A stretch of 64,000 nucleotides of DNA from Balanoglossus misakiensis (lineage: Eukaryota; Animalia; Hemichordata), in contig CM082587.2 in NCBI GenBank assembly GCA_040954595.2, positions 3,294,275-3,358,274 on the forward strand. The letters run 5' to 3'. This document shows, piece after piece, positions 52,232 to 64,000 of the stretch (the first letter of the stretch is position 1; every line of letters starts with the position of its first letter). The notes beneath the pieces were generated by a model that saw only the letters and a program-made list of their open reading frames with translations, searched no databases and was not told where the DNA came from. A program made the translations under genes and the position numbers.

Positions 52232-54219
52232 GTGCAACAACAGCTCTGTCTGTGAGCTGTGACACAACAGACCTGAAAACCAATAACACCAACTGAACTT
52301 TATGGCCATCGATTGGTGGCTTCGGTTGGCTAAAATTCTTATACCACTGGACGATGGTGCACTGCATGTGGGACTTTGCCCGTTGATGAAAGAGGTAGCA
52401 AGCAGCAGGCCAAAGTTCTTGCGACAGACAAACTTGAAAACATCTCGAAGGAACTTGCGAAGGAATAGGACTGAAGGATACCATCAAAGAAATGGAAGTA
52501 TGAAGTTAGACTTGTCAACATCAGGAAGTTGATCATTCAGCAAAGAAGTACAAGACAATGATATTAGGGACCAACATTATAGACAGACTTCCAGGTTTGT
52601 TCACTCACCAAAGACCAGCGCCAAAACCTATTCAATTCATTCATTTCGGTGCTTAATTATTAAAGTAGGGCTTATTTACCGAGTCTTCCAGTCTAACCAC
52701 AGAATGTACAGGATCATTAAAACATTAATCTTTCACCCGAGTAGTGAGTAGGTGTAGTCAGTCATTTCAGTAGCTTGTTAGGGTTTCCTGTTCCTTTTTT
52801 CAAGCACTGGACAGTGAAAATAACTGGAATTCTTCATGAGTATTTCTACTCAAAAATCTACTGCCATGACTTAACTTCAGTGATCATGTTTGTCTCTTTT
52901 AAGAGCACTTTTGTATACCAGCAATACAGGTCTACCAAAAGTATTACGATGAACACAGCTTTATGTTAATGGGGATGAAACCTGTCTACTGATTGGCTGG
53001 ACATAAAGCAGTATTGCCTCATGTGACATCCCGTCAGCGAATGAATCGCATGAGCCGAAAACCAGATCCGACTGGTTTCCAAAATGAAAAGCTCAAATAA
53101 TAACACTCGTCCAGTGCTTGGGATTTTCCATCAAATACTGTTGCCTTTCACTAGGGAACTGTGTACAGTCTTTAATTTTTTCCTTCCATTCCCGACAACC
53201 CTTTAAATGTATATAGCGTTTGTACACAGGGGGTGGCAGCTTCGCTTTGAAATATGCAAACAGACAACTTCTACTTGAAAGAAAACTTAACTATTTATAA
53301 TATAATATAACACAGTACTCTTTTGTATTGGATATTTGGGTACTTACATGTACATTTTTTAACAGATGCATGTCGTGAGGTTTGTTTTGTTGCCATGTTG
53401 AAGTATGGAAAGGTGTGGTGCTTATTTTTTTATAATCTCCAATGTAAAGTTTTTAGATGGGTTTACCTTTCAGCTCCAGAACTATTTTACAGTATTTATT
53501 TGAATTTTAAACGCTTACAAGTGATGCTTCCAGGAAACAATCAGGTGATGCTAGATTTTAGAGAGAGATTTTTAGTGGCGATCTTCCTGTTGGCCGCTTC
53601 TTTTAGAAGAACTTTGCAGACTCTGGCACCAGCAGGGATCGGACCAGGATCATTTTCCATCAAAACTGGAATAACATGTTGAATTCTATTTTGGGAATCT
53701 ACACAAGATAAATGTATAATGTACAAAATTGAAGGTTTTAATTGAAATCATTTGTATTCATTCCACATTTGACCCACAAAAAGAGAGGACTTGTATGTGT
53801 ATTTTTTTTCTTCTGTGTTTTGTTTTGTTTTCCCCTAGTACTCTAATCATACTGCCATTTTTTGTGTGGGTTTTACTCTCCCCTTTTATTTCGAAAGAAG
53901 AAAGCTGTATTTTTTAAAAAGATCATCAGAATGCAATTTCTTGTTTTCAGAGAGATTTTACAGGTTGGTCCTCGAATGTACAGCATTTAAACAGAGGGAA
54001 ACCCCAATAAAAGAAAACATTCAAACCAAAATTTTCTGGTGTGTTTGTGTTTTGTGGTTACACCTGCACTTGCTCAAGTGTAACTTATCCTAAAATGCAA
54101 CTAATTTTCATGTTTTCTTCTTATTCTGTAGCTGTAGTTTCATTTGACATTTCGACAATATATAGGCATATATGTGAATTAAAGCTGACTGTATTCCTCT
54201 AACCTATAGGAAACTAACC

Positions 54220-55521
54220 CTACTTTGAACACCTAAAAATAAATTCTTTGATGATAGTAGACAAGTATTCTATCGCCAGGAAAGGCCGTAGATCCACCAC
54301 GGCATACAAGAGGGAATTGGCAGCGTCTTGACTCTCTTCAGAACACATTGCTCTTTCCCACAGTGACAACAAAGCGCCGTCTGAAACCAAATGTGAGATT
54401 GATTAGTGAAAAAGGTGAAGATATGTAAAGAACTAGCCAACTACATCTAATTTTAATCAGATTGATGATGATGATGGTGAAGATGATGATAAACGCAAAA
54501 CCGAACATGCTTATTTGACCAACAAATTACGTCGACACGTACCTGTGTATAAATCAGCACTCAATAATATTTCGATGGCGAATATGGCGAAATTTTCATT
54601 TTTCGTCATATCACCGATGAAAGGCGGTCGATCTGAATTCTGCAGGACACGTTTTGGCAGGAACTGCTTCTGGAACATGTGGGTGGCAGTGAGATTGGTG
54701 TTAAAGCGACACGCAGCCAGGTAGTCGACGAGATTTGACCACCCCTTGCCGAACATTTCCTCGGTCTTGCTGTAATTTACAAGGAGCGTGTCGAATTCAT
54801 CTATTACAGAATGAATAGAAGAAATGTGGGCGTCCCACATCACTTTTAACAGGTCGTCAAGGGGTATCTGACGTGCTCCGTTACCATGGAGATCAGACTG
54901 GTTCTTCAGTACCTCGAAGAACTTTGTCCACTTGGCCATTGTGTCAGGGACTAGCGTCTGGCAAGAACGCACCCCCGTGCAATACTGTGCGGGTCGCTCT
55001 TTTGATCTGGCCAAGTTTATCTTGTATCCGTAATCCTTGATTAGGCCAGCGTTAACGGCACCAAGGAACGGCACCACAGACAAGTAATAATTCATACTCG
55101 CCCACCAACTGTTGTAAGATACGCAGAACTTATCTTCACAATCGTTTGTGGTGGGGAAACTCTTCAGACGCCCTGTGGAGAACTGCCAACCGAACTGCAA
55201 AGCTAGTCCCCATAACACATTACCCAAATTGTCCTCTCCAAAATCGTCTCTGAGCCCACTTGTTGCATTCAAGATGATTTTGTTCAGTCCAAGGCGATGG
55301 ACGTAATTCCAGGGGTTGATTTGCACTGTCTCGTTCACAATGGGATATTCTTTGACGGAGGAGGGGGCGTCGCTCCAGTGCGGTGGAAAATTCTCAGCCT
55401 GGTTGGTATTTGACATGTCTTCCAGATCTTGTAGTGACTTTCTATCCGACTTGACCACGAACACCGCAGTTACGCAAAGTATGCAGCCAATATATAGACG
55501 TAATTTGAAGGAAGCAGACAT
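54220..55521 (-). CDS. LEG1: LEG1 (liver-enriched gene 1 / C6orf58 family) secreted glycoprotein; 2 coding exons
   Basis: Exons 55521-54543 and 54380-54220 (phase 1). Signal peptide. Motifs PPHW..AP, INPWNY.HRLG, GNVLWGL.LQFGWQ.STGRL, SWWASMNYYLSVVPFLGAV, WDAH, FLPKRVL and LLSLWERAMCS. Confidence 0.92.
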
Positions 55522-55723
55522 CTTTCAGCTTCATAGGCACGCTCAAAATGAAACATGCGTGTGTCTAAGACTGAACACTATATAGACGATCCAGTTAGCG
55601 AGACTTATAAATAACATGAAATACCAATGGTTTTCAAACAGATCTTTAAACGTTTACCCACATCTTCTTGCCGTGCATACAGTACAGGTGATTGTCCACA
55701 CAATGGGTATAGGCTACATAGAC

Positions 55724-55815
55724 TTAACCTTTCACCACGTTGGTTGAGTCTAAACACATTGTTTTCTATGATAAAGTTAGACCTCTACAAATGGATACAG
55801 GGGTGAAAGAGTTAA
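55724..55815 (+). mobile_element. ~90-bp TTAA-flanked MITE, copy 2
   Basis: ttaacctttcaccac...cattgttttctatg...gacctcta...ggggtgaaagagttaa. Confidence 0.7.
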
Positions 55816-56806
55816 GATTACGAGATACCTGCGATTACAAGTGAGCGAAACCATACCTACTTGCGTACAAAGGTCAGCTGCTGTCATTTTTTTTGACAGG
55901 CCATCTGGATTAGTATTTAGCCTTCATGCAAACCAGGGAAACTGAACGCTTCCCAAGTCGCCTTTCTCCCAATCCCTTCAAGTACAATTAATTTACCATA
56001 AGCAGTATGCAAAGTGTTGTGATGTCTATTTACGATGATGTTCCAATGATTGACAGCATACTTGACTTGTGTCACAACCGTTTTTGTGAGGCTAAGGATA
56101 ATTGAACAAATACTGGGTAGAGATAACTTGCTTGTTTGTTTGGGCTTAGGCCAACAGCTTGGATATCAGCTTTTACTGATATGGTTTTTAATCAGATTGA
56201 CCAAAGCCTGGTACAGTACGGATGGGTACTACATGCGGCTGATTATTCATCTCATTCTGTAAAGGGTCCACTTTAATTCTCCTGGATAAAGAGACACATC
56301 CAGTTTCTTGATCATGACCCTGTGAGGGAGGGGTGTTGTCGGACAGGGGAGTTTTCTCGATCAAGATGATTTTTTTTTACAATCGTGACATTTATTCCAT
56401 TTTGATATTGTTATACCGCATACTGTTTGCAACCACCTTGCTGGATCTGTGGGCACCTGGATCTGCATAGACCATTCTGCATGAGAACCATTCTGTTTTG
56501 CAGTAGTCCACACCATAAGCATATCACTCTGAATAAATAAGAATATTTTCAATTGTGTGAAAGGTTAAAAAATACTCTAGTTTTCAGATTCGTTTCATAT
56601 TATATGAACAAAACCATCAGTTGCATATTTCTATTCACACACAAAAATATCCAGGCATAGTTTATATATAAACTTATCATTCCCCCTTCTTCAGTTGAAA
56701 GACTATGATAATTGCAGTTTTTTTTTGACTGAATTCACAACTGACAATCCAAGTCTCTGCAGACACAATAAATTACAAAATTATTAAAAAATTTTCGTGG
56801 CAGTTG

Positions 56807-59655
56807 CTATACTCGAAGACACTTCTGTTGGTGCTGGAGTTCCTCTTTGAGGATGACTTCTTGTCTGTGGATTTCGTCTTGTTCCAGTTCCTCGTGGCTG
56901 GGATGCCACAGTCTGGACAGTAGCCTCTCTATGTTGATTGCATAGACTGTGTGTGATGGGATCATGCTCTTGTGGACCTGAAACGGTGAGAAAAGCAACA
57001 GGTGTCACTGGTGGCAAAATCAGTGTACAGTAAAATCCTAACCCCTGTCTAATCCCGAAACCTGTCTATACTGAACACATTTTCCTGTCATTTTGACACT
57101 GAATCACCTGTTAAAGGAACCTCTGTAAACCAGACACCTCTGCACACAAAGCAATTTCTTCAGTCCCTTTGGTGTTCTGTTTAGACAGGTTTCACCTTTA
57201 TTTGAGTGTGCTCATATGGTGGGAAGTTCGGCATTAATCAGCTCAGTTTCATCACCAACTCACCTGTAAAGCTTCTAGAAGATCGTACAACGACACTGGC
57301 GGAAGCGATGGTGGTGAATGATTGGAAGCCAGCAACATGGCCGCCTCTTGCTCGCCATCCTCTAGTGTTGGCCTGTCAGCTGGAATCTGGCCGTGTGTCA
57401 GGTCTGCAGTGGAGCATACACTACTGGATGAAAAAAAAATATGTGGAGGTCAGTCATTCTTTATTTTCACACTCCTGGTAATCCCAGCAATACAATCCAA
57501 AGTGACCTCCATCTTTTGAAGAACAACGCCGTAAACACTTACCTTTCCTTTATGCATGTAAATTCATTGTGTGTTTTCCTGAGTTGTTCCGACTTGGTTG
57601 CATTGCCAAGGCCAAACCGAAAGCAGCCTTCCCGTAACCTGAAGCCCTGCCGACGACTGGAAACTATCGTCAGGACATTCTTTAAATGATGCTGAAATAA
57701 AAAAAAAGTGAGGAGTCATTTCTATGTTTTCTATTCTATCATTTCATTAACTTGAAAAATTTGTCTTTGAATTTTATTCCAGTGTTTCACACTTTCCGTT
57801 GTGACTTTCTTCCCTCCCCCACCCATTTCTCTGACACCACTTGGTATGACCCATTGTTTTCAATGGGGGTTTGACCCATGTACAGGAAAATGGGGTGAAA
57901 ACAGTTAAAAGAATGACTGAGGGCAGAAGTTCAGCTGCCTACCTCTACTGCTAACTGAAGCATGTGCACGCACTCATCTGTAACAGCCTCTAATCCATGT
58001 TCCCAGGCCGTCACAAACATGCGGCCGTGTAACATGGATATGTCTGGCAGGAACAGATCTCTTGAACAGAAGACGACAGGCGATTCCTCGGGGGATTCCT
58101 TGGCGGCCACTTCCGGAATGTCTATGTGGGAATACGGTGACGCTGGCACAAAGCGGTGCTGTAAACACACGGATACAATTGATTTATTCAAAAATTTAAC
58201 TGTGTCTATTTGACAGATACAACCATTAAAGATCTCTGACAACAGTTCAGTTAGAGTAGTCCCTGTTTCTAAATCTGTGTCAAATCTGCTATCTTACCTC
58301 AAAGTTTGTTTTGGCAGGTCTGGATTTTTTCAACTTCTTGGACACTTTCTTATTTACATTTCTGCCTGAAGACATATTGCTAATGATGGATGAGTCCTTG
58401 CCCACAACACCTGCTGTCAATCAAATAGATCATTTGTTTATAGGCCAAATAACTGGGAATTTCTTTATATTTTTGCCACATGTGTATCACTTATCAAACA
58501 TATTATATTATCACTATTGTAAAATTGATTGTAAAATGACTTAAGTGGTGACAGGTGACAACTTACCTTGTGAGCCCAATGTTTGGCATTTGGTGAGTAT
58601 CGCCAGAATAAATTCGTTGTGAAAATGCACTGGAAAAGAGAAAATAAAACAAACTTAGATGACTTGATGGAGCTGTTTACAGATAAAATAAGCTATAATT
58701 ATTTCATCATTAAATCATTCAAGGCACAACATCTGACATGAACCTACAGAGTCCAACCACCACTCTGACACACAACAAACAAGTTTTAAATTAAACCATG
58801 ACCTTACCATAATCAGGAGACAGAAGCCGCCTTGCTTCAAGGTCAAATTCTTCTTTGTTGATCTGAAAGAGAAAAGAATTGACCCTGAAGATAAGAATTG
58901 ATTTCGAACATGTGATGACAATTACGGTGTGTATAATAACCGAAAGTATTCTTTTACATACCTTTTGTCTGTACCATAGCTTCATATTTGTCCAATACCT
59001 GAAAAAAGTACAAACAAGGTAAAATTTAGTAAATCAGTCAATTTAGAAGCATTTGGAAGTTCCATTTAAATCCTTCAAAATTTTGGTATTGGCAAACCCT
59101 AGTCCTGAGTGAGCGCTAAAAATTTTATTGTGAAAACTGGTTGACCTTGTGTTCTACTTACACACATCAATGCCTGGCAATACAATACAACTGTCATGAC
59201 CCATTGACAAGATAGACATACACATAGAGCAACATGAGCAACTTTTTACCACACTTTGAAATGTTTGACATTAGCTGCAATTGTAGCCATATCGACTATC
59301 CTTACAATAATGATAGAAAAGATGACTTATCGTCACGGTTAGAGATAGTGGCTGTAGGTAAAGTCGACAACAAATACGACGTGCGACATAGCATGCAATC
59401 ACGCAATTTTGTCTTGTCAACAAGGCACAGGATGCCCCATGCAGTGATGCACACTGTGTTCTAACTCCAGAACGAGCATCCCAGTTCAGGGATTCTCCCA
59501 CGAAGGTAGGTACAGTCACCATTTTCATATCTAATGAGCCCGTCGCTGTCAATGTCAGTTTCGTTCACCACACTACAAACTTACTGTTTGATGTTATCTC
59601 CCAAAACCTCCGTCAAGTTCTTCCTTGCCGCATTGAGTTCAGTCACGGCAGCCAT
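56807..59655 (-). CDS. TADA1: Transcriptional adapter 1 (SAGA/STAGA subunit); 9 exons
   Basis: Exons 59655-59585, 58998-58962, 58862-58808, 58629-58567, 58410-58298, 58158-57943, 57691-57543, 57423-57264 and 56977-56807. Protein [50 protein letters not shown]...[15 protein letters not shown]...[14 protein letters not shown]...[26 protein letters not shown]. Confidence 0.95.
57026..57200. mobile_element. Degenerate Tc1/mariner (pogo/Tigger-type) MITE in a TADA1 intron
   Basis: Starts TA CAGTAAAA, ends AGACAGGTTTCAC..TA, with internal repeated ACCTGTCT/ACCTCTG subterminal motifs. Confidence 0.5.
57830..57908 (+). mobile_element. ~90-bp MITE family, degenerate copy 3
   Basis: caccac...cccattgttttcaatgg...ggggtgaaaacagttaa. 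Confidence 0.55.
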
Positions 59656-60656
59656 TTTGGATGGCATTAAAATACGCCCTCAAAGTCTGAACTGGCCAAC
59701 CTTACGTTTTTTTGCGTGTTTTCTTTTTGGTCTATTTCAAGTTATGTCAGTTTCATTACTGTGGAAAATAAACATGGTTTTATGTCATAAGATCTCATAA
59801 TTTTCCCTGTTGGAACATATCTACCCCACAGGCTTCCAGTGTAACACAACTTACTTAAGTTTAGGAAGACACCAGTTTGGAGTGATCCGATAAAATCCCA
59901 TCATTTTAAAAGTATTACTATTATACCTCTTTTCTCGTTTTCACATTACATCCAGGCTTTTCCTTAGGACTTTGATTTGTTATCAAAGAATTCCGGACCA
60001 AATCGCTCAACAAACAACTGCATCCGCTCTGATACTTATGGTATTTGGCCTACATATTATTTTACTGCGCCAGACCACAGTCCCTCTATTACAGAAATGC
60101 TTTTAGACGGCCGCATGACAAAGTGGACTTTTGTTGCATGATTCGTGCTCTGTTATTTGCCGGTTTGAATTTCCACGTGGAATTTTCAGTTCCTTTTAAT
60201 AGCGGCGGATGTCATGCGTAAGAATGCTGCATACATCGACTCATGCACAATAGGGTGCTCTGTGCGCTTTTCAAGTCTTTCACTTTGAATATTGTCGGTG
60301 CTTTCGCTCATGATAAATAAAAGATAAAACGTATTAATATTATAACTGCTATGATTGAGAACTGCACAAGATATTGTTTAAAAACATGTCTTTTAAATTT
60401 TAATGCACTTGAGTAAACTTATATGAAATATTTCCATCTATATAGTACATAAACCCGTGTAACCTGTATGAACAATTTCCATATGGTGTGAGTTATATAG
60501 TACAGACTCTCGTGTAAGCTGTATGCGGATAGAGTACGTGGCATTCCCCTTCGCAAAGCACACTGGGTATTTCTCTTCCTGCTCCGCCATATTGGTAACG
60601 ATAGGAGAGCGGGGCCTGTCTGCGTCTCATGGTGTGTTTGCAGTCTTTTCAGAAAG
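59656..60656. promoter_or_regulatory. Head-to-head TADA1/SURF4 intergenic promoter region (about 1 kb)
   Basis: Divergent ATGs at 59655 and 60657. YY1-like CAAAATGGCTGCC overlaps the TADA1 start. CCGCCATATTGG (YY1/CCAAT-like) and a GC box lie at about 60584-60617. Confidence 0.55.
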
Positions 60657-63759
<3,103 letters not shown>

Positions 63760-64000
63760 ACTCATCTGCATCAACAATACGAATATTTAATGGCCAAACA
63801 AATCATTTCAATGGGTGTGAAAAATTCACTTTTCCTGACAACTTAGGGGACCCTTATGTAGATTTTATATGGTAATATGCAAAATTGAATTACCTAGCTT
63901 GTTTGTTCACATAGCTTACTGTTACGAATACTAATTTTCACTCAAACAGTTTTCATAAATGCTAGTGTAGCGTGACAAGTTAGAAACTTGATCACAAATT

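Noticed and set aside
51810-52487. 225-aa minus-strand ORF, and a hammerhead-like CUGAnG...GAAAC motif in the repeat
   Set aside because: The ORF has no recognisable features. The motif lacks A9 and stem II, which a hammerhead ribozyme requires.

Overview
Eukaryotic, intron-rich animal DNA. The gene set and sequences suggest an invertebrate deuterostome such as a hemichordate; this is inference, not an identification. By hand-splicing GT-AG exons I reconstruct eight protein-coding genes: MYORG-like GH31 glycosidase (+), Prrx homeobox (-), an 8-exon secreted two-domain Ly6/uPAR (three-finger)-like protein that the ORF track does not reveal (-), an intronless histamine N-methyltransferase-like gene (-), a 36-coding-exon centrosomin/CDK5RAP2/PDE4DIP gene of about 2,740 aa with a 3.5-kb exon (+), LEG1 (-), TADA1 (-) and SURF4 (+). 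There are also several MITE-like hairpins, a dispersed family of ~90-bp TTAA-flanked elements, and microsatellites. The top novel candidate is the hidden three-finger precursor, which has a GKR processing site and apparently paired cysteine losses. Next are the modular or alternative architecture of the centrosomin gene and a ~177-bp diverged repeat in its 3' region. I found no rRNA, tRNA or CRISPR features. All coordinates were read manually and no database searches were run.
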